A stretch of 64,000 nucleotides of DNA, taken from an uncultured Victivallales bacterium (GTDB lineage: Bacteria > Verrucomicrobiota > Lentisphaeria > Victivallales > UBA1829). The notes under the pieces were generated by a model. The model had not been told where the DNA came from and searched no databases. It saw only the letters and a list, made by a program, of their open reading frames with translations. Below, in pieces: positions 21,638 through 29,943 of the stretch (positions are counted from its first letter, which is position 1; each line of letters begins with the position of its first letter). Location of the stretch: assembly GCA_944390795.1 (NCBI GenBank), contig CALXRI010000010.1:537-64536 (forward strand), written 5' to 3'. The position numbers were made by a program, and so were the translations under genes.

Positions 21638-23119
21638 ATGGCATCCGAAAAGTATCTGGCCATCGACCTCGGCGCCTCCAGCGGACGCGCAATCGTCGGA
21701 ATTCTGGAAAACGGAAAGATTACGCTTGAGGAGATGCACCGCTTTGAAAACGGTCCGACGAAACGCGGCGCCTCGCTTTACTGGAACATCAAATCCCTCT
21801 TTGCCGAAATCCGGGAGGGAATCCGCAAGTCCCTTTCCCGGTATCCGGACATCCGGAGCATGGGCATCGACACCTGGGGCGTCGATTACGTGATCGTCAA
21901 GCCGGACGGAACCTTCGCCCGCGAGCCTTACAACTATCGCGACTCCCGCACGGACAACATTCCGGAAGAGGTGTTCCGGACGGTCCCCGAAGCCGAACTC
22001 TATTCCCGCACCGGCATGCAGCTCATGCAGATCAACACGCTGTTCCAGCTGGTCGCGCACCGGAAACAGCATCCGGAGGACTTCGCCGAAGGAAACATCA
22101 TGCTGATGATTCCCGACGCGCTTTGCTATCTGTTCTGCGGGGACCGCACCTGCGAATACACGGAGTCGAGCACCTCCCACATGCTGAACGCCGTCACGCG
22201 CGAATGGGACTTCGTCACGCTGGACAAACTCGGGTTTTCCCGTTCGTTCTTCCCGAAGATCACGCCGCCTTCGACGATCGTCGGGAAGCTGAAGTCCGGC
22301 CTTGCGCAGGAGCTCGGCATTCCGCGGATCGACGTCTGCAAGGTCGGAAGTCATGACACCGCCTCGGCAGTCGCGTCCGTTCCCGCGCCGGATGACCGCA
22401 ACTGGGTTTACATCAGCTGCGGGACCTGGGCGCTTTTCGGCGCGGAACTGGATGCCCCTGTCCTGACGGAGGAGGCGCGCAAGGCCGGATTCACCAACGA
22501 AGGCGGACTGAATGGAAAAATCCGTTTTCTTACAAACATCATCGGCATGTGGCTGGCGCAGGAGCTCCGCGCGGACTGGGCGAAGCGCGACGGAGAAAAG
22601 AAGCCCTGGTCCGTGATCGACAAAATGGCGATGGAGTGCGAAGGGTTGCGCTTCATCATCAATCCGAACGAACGCGAATTCCTGTCTCCCGGCGACATGG
22701 CGGGCAAGATCCGCCGCTTCTGCGAACGCACCGGGCAGGGAACCCCGGACGATGCCGAGACGATCCGCTGCGTTTACGATTCGCTCGGACTCTGCTTCCG
22801 CGCGAAACTCGAGCAGCTTTCCGAACTTTCCGGAAATGTGTATGACTGCCTGAACATCGTCGGCGGCGGTTCGAACGCGGACGTCCTGATGCGCATCGCC
22901 ACGGACATCTGCAATGTGAAGGTGATCGCCGGACCGGTAGAGGCGACCGCGACAGGCAATATCCTGTCGCAGGCGATGGCCGCCGGTTCCGTGAAGGATC
23001 TCGCTTCCGCGCGGGAGATCGTGAAGGCCTCCTTCACTCCGAAAATCTATACGCCGCGCGCTGCGGACCGCGCTCCTTATGACGCGGCGTATGCGAAATT
23101 CCGGGAGCTGGCCGGATAA
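21638..23119 (+). CDS. rhaB: Rhamnulokinase (FGGY carbohydrate kinase family)
   Basis: Colinear with E. coli RhaB as I remember it: AIDLGASSGR, HRFENG, IDTWGVDYV, YRDSRT, SHDTASAV, TNEGG, NIIGMWL, FIINPN, IVGGG and VIAGPVEATATGN. No rhaA or rhaD is adjacent. Confidence 0.8.
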   Translation: MASEKYLAIDLGASSGRAIVGILENGKITLEEMHRFENGPTKRGASLYWNIKSLFAEIREGIRKSLSRYPDIRSMGIDTWGVDYVIVKPDGTFAREPYNYRDSRTDNIPEEVFRTVPEAELYSRTGMQLMQINTLFQLVAHRKQHPEDFAEGNIMLMIPDALCYLFCGDRTCEYTESSTSHMLNAVTREWDFVTLDKLGFSRSFFPKITPPSTIVGKLKSGLAQELGIPRIDVCKVGSHDTASAVASVPAPDDRNWVYISCGTWALFGAELDAPVLTEEARKAGFTNEGGLNGKIRFLTNIIGMWLAQELRADWAKRDGEKKPWSVIDKMAMECEGLRFIINPNEREFLSPGDMAGKIRRFCERTGQGTPDDAETIRCVYDSLGLCFRAKLEQLSELSGNVYDCLNIVGGGSNADVLMRIATDICNVKVIAGPVEATATGNILSQAMAAGSVKDLASAREIVKASFTPKIYTPRAADRAPYDAAYAKFRELAG

Positions 23120-23185
23120 GGCGTCGCATCTGCCCGAGGAATCCGCGGATCGGGAAATTATCCTGCTGAAAAATCAGGGAACCGC

Positions 23186-23214
23186 TTGACAATCCGCGGC
23201 GGGGGGAGTATCTT
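23186..23214 (+). promoter_or_regulatory. Sigma70-type promoter candidate for rpsA
   Basis: TTGACA (23186-23191), a 17-nt spacer, then TATCTT (23209-23214), about 95 nt upstream of the rpsA ATG. Confidence 0.4.
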
Positions 23215-23309
23215 ATCCGTTCACAATGAAGGTGTGCGCGGATGAAACGCATCCGTTCACAGGGAGTTTCCTTGACAGGCAACAGAACCAAACTAAAGAA
23301 AACAGCAAA

Positions 23310-25046
23310 ATGACAACGGAAAACACAAAAAGCTATGTCGATCTGAGCAGCAGTCTTTCCATGGAGGAGCTGCTGAACGGCGCGGAAAAGAGCAACAATT
23401 TCGCCGAAGGGTCCATCGTTCCCGGCCGAATCGTGGAGAAGAGACAGGACGGCGCCCTCGTGGATATCGGATACAAGGCGGAAGGCTTTATCCCGAGCAC
23501 GGAATTCAGGGATTGGAACGAGGCGCAGGTCGGCGACAAGGTGGATGTTTTTCTCGAAGCGATCGAGAATGAGAACAATATGCCGGAAATCAGTCTTTCC
23601 AAGGCGAACTTCATCAAGTCCTGGGAAAAGATCACATCCGAATACGGCGAAGGCAGCGTCATCCGCGGCCTGATGAAACACCGCGTCAAAGGCGGCATCA
23701 TCATCGATCTCAACGGCGTCGAAGCCTTCCTGCCCGGTTCCCAGATTGACATCGGGCCCGTCAAGAACATGGATGAATTCATCGGCAAGGAATACGATTT
23801 CAAGATCCTCAAGATCAACCAGGACCGCAAGAACATCGTCGTTTCCCGCCGCGAACTGCTTGAAGAATCCCGCAAGGACCGCCGCTCCGCTCTCCTCAAG
23901 GAGATGGAGGTCGGCCAGATCCGCAAGGGCGTCGTCAAGAACATCACGGATTTCGGCGCGTTCATCGACCTCGGCGGCGTGGACGGTCTTCTCCATATCA
24001 CGGACATGTCCTGGGGCAGAATCTCCCATCCTTCCGAAATGCTGGAAATCGGCCAGGAGGTCGAGGTCATGATTCTGGACATCGACTTCGCCAAGGAGCG
24101 CGTCTCTCTCGGCCTCAAGCAGAAGACCCGCAATCCATGGGACGAAGTGGAGTCCAAATACGCGGTCGGCAATGTTGTCAAGGGCCGGATCGTCAACATC
24201 ATGCCTTACGGCGCCTTTGTTGAAATTGAACAGGGCGTCGAGGGGCTGATCCACGTTTCCGAAATGTCCTGGACCAAGCGCGTGACCAAGGCCGGTGATG
24301 TGGTCAGCGTCGGCGAAGAGGTCGAGGCCGTCGTTCTCGACATCGACAAGGAGGCCAAGAAGATTTCTCTCGGACTCCGCCAGAAGACCCGCAATCCGTG
24401 GGAGGTTCTCGCCGAGAAGTATCCTGCCGGAAGCCGCATCAAGGGCAAGGTCCGCAATATGACCAGTTACGGCGCCTTCGTCGAAATCGAAAACGACATC
24501 GACGGCATGATCCATGTCTCCGACATGTCCTGGACGCGCAAGATCAACAACCCGAACGAAGTGCTCAAGGTCGGCGACGAAGTCGACGCCGTCATTCTCG
24601 ACATTGATCCGCAGCAGCAGCGCATCTCTCTCGGCCTCAAGCAGACCGAGGAAGATCCGTGGGCCAACATTGAGTCCCTTTACAAGATCGGCGATGTCGT
24701 GAAGGGCAAAGTCACCAAGATCACCGCCTTCGGCGCGTTTATCGAACTCTCCCACAAGATCGACGGACTTGTCCACATCTCCCAGATCAGCAAGGACCGC
24801 GTGGAGAAGGTCAAGGACAAACTTTCGCTCGGGCAGGAGATCGAGGCGCGTGTCATCAAGATCGACAAGGACGAGCGCCGGATCGGGCTCAGCATCAAGG
24901 CGCTTGAGGAAGGATATTCCGAAGACGATCTGAAAGCCGCCGGCGAGGAAGTTTCCGCGGCGCTCAAGCCGGGTGCGGCTCTCGTCGACATGGGCAAAGT
25001 CATCGGCGACGCCCTTGACGAGCTCGAAGTCAGCGACAACAACTGA
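23310..25046 (+). CDS. rpsA: 30S ribosomal protein S1
   Basis: Six consecutive S1 (OB-fold) repeats with recurring G.V....GAF..... G..GL.H.S motifs. The ATG at 23310 removes an unlikely 28-aa extension. Confidence 0.9.
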   Translation: MTTENTKSYVDLSSSLSMEELLNGAEKSNNFAEGSIVPGRIVEKRQDGALVDIGYKAEGFIPSTEFRDWNEAQVGDKVDVFLEAIENENNMPEISLSKANFIKSWEKITSEYGEGSVIRGLMKHRVKGGIIIDLNGVEAFLPGSQIDIGPVKNMDEFIGKEYDFKILKINQDRKNIVVSRRELLEESRKDRRSALLKEMEVGQIRKGVVKNITDFGAFIDLGGVDGLLHITDMSWGRISHPSEMLEIGQEVEVMILDIDFAKERVSLGLKQKTRNPWDEVESKYAVGNVVKGRIVNIMPYGAFVEIEQGVEGLIHVSEMSWTKRVTKAGDVVSVGEEVEAVVLDIDKEAKKISLGLRQKTRNPWEVLAEKYPAGSRIKGKVRNMTSYGAFVEIENDIDGMIHVSDMSWTRKINNPNEVLKVGDEVDAVILDIDPQQQRISLGLKQTEEDPWANIESLYKIGDVVKGKVTKITAFGAFIELSHKIDGLVHISQISKDRVEKVKDKLSLGQEIEARVIKIDKDERRIGLSIKALEEGYSEDDLKAAGEEVSAALKPGAALVDMGKVIGDALDELEVSDNN

Positions 25047-25083
25047 TCGCTTCTGATCCGGAAAAACAGGGAGGCGTGTTCTG

Positions 25084-26154
25084 ATGTCTGAAACGAAAAA
25101 AAATATGCAGCTGCTTTTTGATTTCGGACCGCTTGAGGAAGACGTGCGGGAAGACGCCTCCCCGGATGACGATCTGTTCTCCGGAGAGAATGAAACGGAA
25201 TCCGGAGAGCTGGAAGTCGTTGAAATCGAGGATTATGAATCTGAATGGGCGGATGCGTCCGATGAAAAGGCCCCTCCGGAGGAACTTTCTCAGGAGACGC
25301 CGCAGCCCGCAGATGCCGCTTGCTCCGCCTCTTCTCCCGCAGCTCCGGAAGAGGCTCTTCCGGAGTCCGGGAGCGATCCTGTCATCGTCTGCGCTCCTCC
25401 GCGGAGGCAGGAGCTGACTCCGCAGAATCTCAAGCGTGCCGCGCTTGCCTTTCTCGCAGCGCTGAATCCCACGGGACTGGCAATGTCCGTCCCCACCCGT
25501 CTGAAAAAGTTCCAGGCGGATGCCGCCGCTTTCTGGTCGGAACCCGCGGGCGGCAGAAAGGGACTTCTCCGCGTTGTCCGCACTGCGGTCGTGGAGACCA
25601 GTTTTGAGAACATCATCTCCATGGACTGCTCCAACCGGCGTGAACTGACGGCGCTTCTTTCCGCCGCCAAACTGGAACGCTGCAACCTGGAGGCGGAAAT
25701 CCGCCGGACGGAACCCGGTCTCAAGGAAACGGATACGCTGTTTGCCGATTTCGACTCATGGGACTACAAGAAAAGCGCGAACAAGGCCTACCGGCAGTGC
25801 CTGAAACGGATTGACGAGCTGGAATATGCGCTGTATCACGGAAGCCGCCTCGACCGGATGCGCACGGCGAAAACCGCGTCACAGCTTTATCTGGCGGTTC
25901 CGGAGAATACCGTGAAGCCGGATGAAATCGCGGATTCCTGGGGACTGGTTTACGTGATGCCGGATCTGACCTTCCGTCTGGTCAAGGAGCCGGAAACCTG
26001 GAACTGTCCCGAGGCAAACATGACGCATCTTGCCCAGAACATTGCCGCCTCGGCCTTGCGCGACGTGCTTTTCTCCAATGGCATCTATTTTGACAGGAAC
26101 ATGTCGGCGCCGTGTCTCGGCCCGGTTCCGCACAGACGCCGCCTGAACCGCTGA
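25084..26154 (+). CDS. Hypothetical protein: acidic disordered N-terminus plus a conserved-looking C-terminal domain
   Basis: GGGAGG lies about 10 nt upstream and the frame is coding-like throughout. I recognise no family. See the finding on a possible clamp-binding-like N-terminal motif and weak nuclease-like blocks. Confidence 0.5.
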   Translation: MSETKKNMQLLFDFGPLEEDVREDASPDDDLFSGENETESGELEVVEIEDYESEWADASDEKAPPEELSQETPQPADAACSASSPAAPEEALPESGSDPVIVCAPPRRQELTPQNLKRAALAFLAALNPTGLAMSVPTRLKKFQADAAAFWSEPAGGRKGLLRVVRTAVVETSFENIISMDCSNRRELTALLSAAKLERCNLEAEIRRTEPGLKETDTLFADFDSWDYKKSANKAYRQCLKRIDELEYALYHGSRLDRMRTAKTASQLYLAVPENTVKPDEIADSWGLVYVMPDLTFRLVKEPETWNCPEANMTHLAQNIAASALRDVLFSNGIYFDRNMSAPCLGPVPHRRRLNR

Positions 26155-26173
26155 CGCGGCCTGGAGACGGGGC

Positions 26174-27184
26174 ATGAAAATTCTCAAGGACATGAAAGCC
26201 CGCGCCGAATATCTGCCGGCGCTTGCCGCTTTCAAGCTCATGGGATTGCTTCCATATCGCTCTTTCGGCGCAATCGGACGTGTTTTCGGTTCGATTCTCT
26301 ATTTCCTTCCCGGTTTCGGTTCGCTCTGCCGTGTCAACATTCATGCCGCTTTTCCGGAGAAGGACGCGCGTGAAGTGAAGGCGATTGCGCACAGAAGCCT
26401 GGAAAATCTGGTGAGAACCCTCTGCGAGTTTTTCTGGGCCTGCAGTCATCCGGACGAGTTTGCGGAAACCGTCGATCTGACCAACTGCCGCGTCTGCGCA
26501 GAAGAGGGGCTCCGCAGGATGGAGGACGGCACCGGCGCGATTCTGGTGACGCCGCATCTGGGAAACTGGGAGTTTGCCGGCCGGATTCTTTCCCAGCTGT
26601 TTCATTACCGCATGGCCACGGTGGTCAAAACGGCCCGCAATCCCTATCTGGACCGTCTGATCAGCTCCGGGCGTTCCGCGGGCGATGTCCGCATTCTGCA
26701 TTCCAAGGGGGCGGCGCGCAATATGAAGAAGGCGCTGGACGAAGGTTACACGATCGGCATTCTGATCGATCAGAACACCCGGCCGCGCAACGGGGGTGTG
26801 TTTGTCAATCTGTTCGGCATTCCCGTTCCCGTCAGCCGCGCTCCGGCTGTGCTGGCGCGTTCCCGGAACCGCTTTGTCGCCATTGGAACCGCGATCCGGA
26901 CGGAAGGAAAGTTCAATGCGATTCTGCGGGAACTGCCGAAGCCCGCTTCCGAATATGAGAGCGATGAAGCGCTGATCCAGGCTTTGACGGACATCACCGA
27001 AGAGTTCATCCGCATGGCGCCGGATCAGTATCTCTGGCTCTATCGGCGATTTCAGTACATTCCGGAGGATGTTTCCCCGGAGGTGCGCAAACGCTACCCG
27101 TCTTATGCGAGAGTGCCCAGCAAGCGTTTCTTTTCCATGAAGGCGAAAATGGCCCAGCTGCGCGCGATGGCGCGCAAGGATTGA
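26174..27184 (+). CDS. Lipid A biosynthesis (LpxL/HtrB-type) lysophospholipid acyltransferase family protein
   Basis: An N-terminal hydrophobic anchor, an HLGNWE catalytic HX4D/E-type motif, an ILIDQN block, and a length typical of LpxL/LpxM. Confidence 0.7.
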   Translation: MKILKDMKARAEYLPALAAFKLMGLLPYRSFGAIGRVFGSILYFLPGFGSLCRVNIHAAFPEKDAREVKAIAHRSLENLVRTLCEFFWACSHPDEFAETVDLTNCRVCAEEGLRRMEDGTGAILVTPHLGNWEFAGRILSQLFHYRMATVVKTARNPYLDRLISSGRSAGDVRILHSKGAARNMKKALDEGYTIGILIDQNTRPRNGGVFVNLFGIPVPVSRAPAVLARSRNRFVAIGTAIRTEGKFNAILRELPKPASEYESDEALIQALTDITEEFIRMAPDQYLWLYRRFQYIPEDVSPEVRKRYPSYARVPSKRFFSMKAKMAQLRAMARKD

Positions 27185-27282
27185 AAAACGGAAAAGGACG
27201 GGAGTTTCTTCTGCGGGGATATGGAATTTTTCCCTCCGCATCCGTTCACAGGGAAGGAAACCGAAGAGGCTGCCGCATTGTC

Positions 27283-29934
27283 TCATCGCCAGCGGCAGGT
27301 GAACATATAACGGGGGTTGTGCGGGCCGTGCAGAAGACGGAAATAAACCGTATCCGGGCGCGGCGGCGCTCCATCGTATGCGATGTTTCCTGCGGCGTCT
27401 CCTCTGAAGCGTGTGAATGCAATCCGGAAGACATCGCCCGGAGGAATCAGTGTGTCCGGCACAAGGAAGACCACTTGCCACGTATTGTCACCTGATGTCA
27501 CTTCATGCCTGATTCCGCGACGGTTCGCGAAGAATGTTCCGTTTCCGTTCATTTCGAAAGTTGCAGCCGGTTCGTCCTGCGTTCCCGCCAGCGCGGCGAA
27601 AAGCTGATCGAAATGCCATTTGCCATGCAGGCGCACTTCCACTTTCAGAAAGCCGGGGCTCTTTCCCAGACGCCATGAGAATGTGGGTCCGTGCCGGAAT
27701 CTTCCGGTGAAGGCTTTCAAAATCTTTTCCTTCTGGCTTTCCGGAGGACGGATCTGGAACTCGCGGAGAATCCGGACGCGCGCCAGCAGTTTTTCCGGAA
27801 AGAATTTATAATTTTCCGCCTCGGAATGAAACCCGATCCGGGAATCGTTCCTGCACAGAAGTTCCATTTTCAGGGAATTTTCCGCTTCTTCGCGCATGAT
27901 CTCGCGCATGACGGGGGTGAATCCCCTGTTTTCCGCCCTGAGCGCATAAAAGCGGAGAATGTTGGCGCCCGACCGGAAAAGAAGCCCTGCCGCATCATAG
28001 AGCGACAGTTCCTTGCGGCGATCAGGATCTTCAGCATAACGCGATCGGAGCGGATCCAGCAATTTGAGCGCACTGCGCCAGCCCGAGTCAAGGAGCCCGG
28101 CCTGGGCGGCGGCTTCCGGAAGAGTGAATGATCCAAGTGCGTCGGAGATATTGTCCCCGCTTCCGGGATGGCAGGTCTGCCAGGTCGGTGCGAGAGGAAG
28201 ATGCTGCCGATAAGGATACAGAAGCCAGACGATGCCGTCATGGAAGGGGCCGTAATACTGCATGGCGTTGCTCAGCGGATAATGTGAATAGGCTCTTCCG
28301 GCGCGCCGCCAGAACCGGGCTATGCAAGATGCGTCACGGCCCCATTCCGGGGCGGCAAGCCGCCGCAGAAATGCTTCTTCTCCGTCTGAAAAATCTTCAA
28401 ATGCGAGCATGCCGGCAGCCCGGTTCATCAAACCGGGATAATTGCCGAAATACCAGCACTGCAGAACTGTGGAAACTTTGAGTTCCCGCATTTTTCTGTA
28501 TTTTCTGTAGAGCAGTCCCGGTACCGGCAGATAAGGGAGTGTTGCGCATTCATGCGAGCATCCGACCTGGATTTTTGCTCCGAGACGGGCTTTCGAATCA
28601 AGCGTCTGCGCATAATGGACAAATCGTCCGGCTGCTTCGCTCCGGGAGAGCCAGTAATCTCCGCCGATGCGGAGTTTTCCCTGCTGTTTCGCCCTGACTC
28701 CGGAATCAAAATTGCAGAGGAGCGTCACTCCTTCCGGGACACAGGCGGACAGCTTGGCGAGAAACGGCGATTCCGGTGCGGCGAAGGAGAGGTAAAGCCA
28801 GGATATGAACTGCGCGGACGGCGCGGCGGATTTCATTCCCCGGTTCATCGCGTCGACCGATCGGAAGAGGATTTCCTCCGGCTTCTTTCCCGCGCAGCGC
28901 GGACAGCTGCACGGATGTTCCCCGTAAATTCCGCTGGCGGAAAGACATGTCGTATCCCGTTCGCCGAGGGAAATGTTGATGATGCCTCCCAGACGGGGTA
29001 CGCGGCGGAAGATTTCCCGGGTGCATTCATACAGATAGCGCTGTCCGGCTTCTGTCGAAGGACAGACGCAGAGACGTCCGGCGAATGTCATGGCCCCTGC
29101 CAGCTCCGGATATTCCTTGAAAAATGCGCTGTCCGGCGCCTGGGCGATCGGTTCGATCATGAACAGCCAGGTCCGGATGCCGTAGCGCAGACATTTGTCA
29201 ACGGTCCGTTTGAGCTTTGCAAACCGGGAATCCCGATCGTCTCCGCGGATCAGGCTTGCGAAGTCGACGGTCAGCCAGAGTCCGTTGATCCCTTCGCGGG
29301 CAAGGCGGTTCAGATACGCGTCCGGATAGTAATCCGTCCGGTCCGCAAGTTCGTCCCTGTTGCGCGGCGGGCGTTTGACGGGACCGAAGAAACAGCGTGA
29401 GATCCGATTTTCAAGCCATGCCCTGCGATGGATGGTTCCCAGCGGAAGAAAAGGACCGTCCGCGGCGAGAAGAAGATCTTCCAGATAATACAGCGCACGC
29501 CGGATTCCTTCTGCATTCCCGGCGGAAATCACGCATTCCGCCGCTTGAACCTGAATCCGGAACGAATCGAATGGACCGCAATCTTCCTGTTTCAGATGAA
29601 TCGCGTATTTCCCGTTTCCGGGAGGGAAAAGGCTTTCCCAGTCCCGGAAGATGCTGTCGAGACATTGGTCCGGATCCGGAAAATCCCGCCGGAGACGCAC
29701 GCCCCCTGAAAGATCTGCTTCGCCCCTGCGAACCTTGGAGCGTGTAAAATGAAAAGTCCGTTTTTCCTCCTTTTTCAGTTCTTCCATGAACCCCCATGTT
29801 TCCGGAGGCGGTGGAGAAATCGAATCCAATTCATTGTTTCCGTACATTGCTTCCATCCTGTGAATGCCGTTCATTCTCCTGTTCCGCATTCCCGCTCTGC
29901 GCCAGGCATTTCCTAATTCCCTGTTTCTGCGCAT
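27283..29934 (-). CDS. Large cytoplasmic glycoside-hydrolase-like protein of unassigned family (start codon uncertain)
   Basis: An N-terminal segment resembles the alpha/beta N-domain seen in GH20, GH67 and GH115 (FRIQV....VISAGNAEGIRRALYYLEDLL). Then comes a TIM-barrel-like region with a Cys cluster (C..SASG ... HPCSCPRC) and a C-terminal beta-rich domain. No signal peptide. Several in-frame ATGs lie between 29934 and 29850. Confidence 0.5.
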   Translation of the reverse strand: MRRNRELGNAWRRAGMRNRRMNGIHRMEAMYGNNELDSISPPPPETWGFMEELKKEEKRTFHFTRSKVRRGEADLSGGVRLRRDFPDPDQCLDSIFRDWESLFPPGNGKYAIHLKQEDCGPFDSFRIQVQAAECVISAGNAEGIRRALYYLEDLLLAADGPFLPLGTIHRRAWLENRISRCFFGPVKRPPRNRDELADRTDYYPDAYLNRLAREGINGLWLTVDFASLIRGDDRDSRFAKLKRTVDKCLRYGIRTWLFMIEPIAQAPDSAFFKEYPELAGAMTFAGRLCVCPSTEAGQRYLYECTREIFRRVPRLGGIINISLGERDTTCLSASGIYGEHPCSCPRCAGKKPEEILFRSVDAMNRGMKSAAPSAQFISWLYLSFAAPESPFLAKLSACVPEGVTLLCNFDSGVRAKQQGKLRIGGDYWLSRSEAAGRFVHYAQTLDSKARLGAKIQVGCSHECATLPYLPVPGLLYRKYRKMRELKVSTVLQCWYFGNYPGLMNRAAGMLAFEDFSDGEEAFLRRLAAPEWGRDASCIARFWRRAGRAYSHYPLSNAMQYYGPFHDGIVWLLYPYRQHLPLAPTWQTCHPGSGDNISDALGSFTLPEAAAQAGLLDSGWRSALKLLDPLRSRYAEDPDRRKELSLYDAAGLLFRSGANILRFYALRAENRGFTPVMREIMREEAENSLKMELLCRNDSRIGFHSEAENYKFFPEKLLARVRILREFQIRPPESQKEKILKAFTGRFRHGPTFSWRLGKSPGFLKVEVRLHGKWHFDQLFAALAGTQDEPAATFEMNGNGTFFANRRGIRHEVTSGDNTWQVVFLVPDTLIPPGDVFRIAFTRFRGDAAGNIAYDGAPPRPDTVYFRLLHGPHNPRYMFTCRWR

Positions 29935-29943
29935 CAGAAGTGC

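Noticed and set aside
23034-24776. A 580-aa ORF antisense to rpsA.
   Set aside because: It mirrors the S1 repeats, giving a repetitive D/L/V/G-rich sequence. rpsA is certain, so this is a high-GC antisense artefact.
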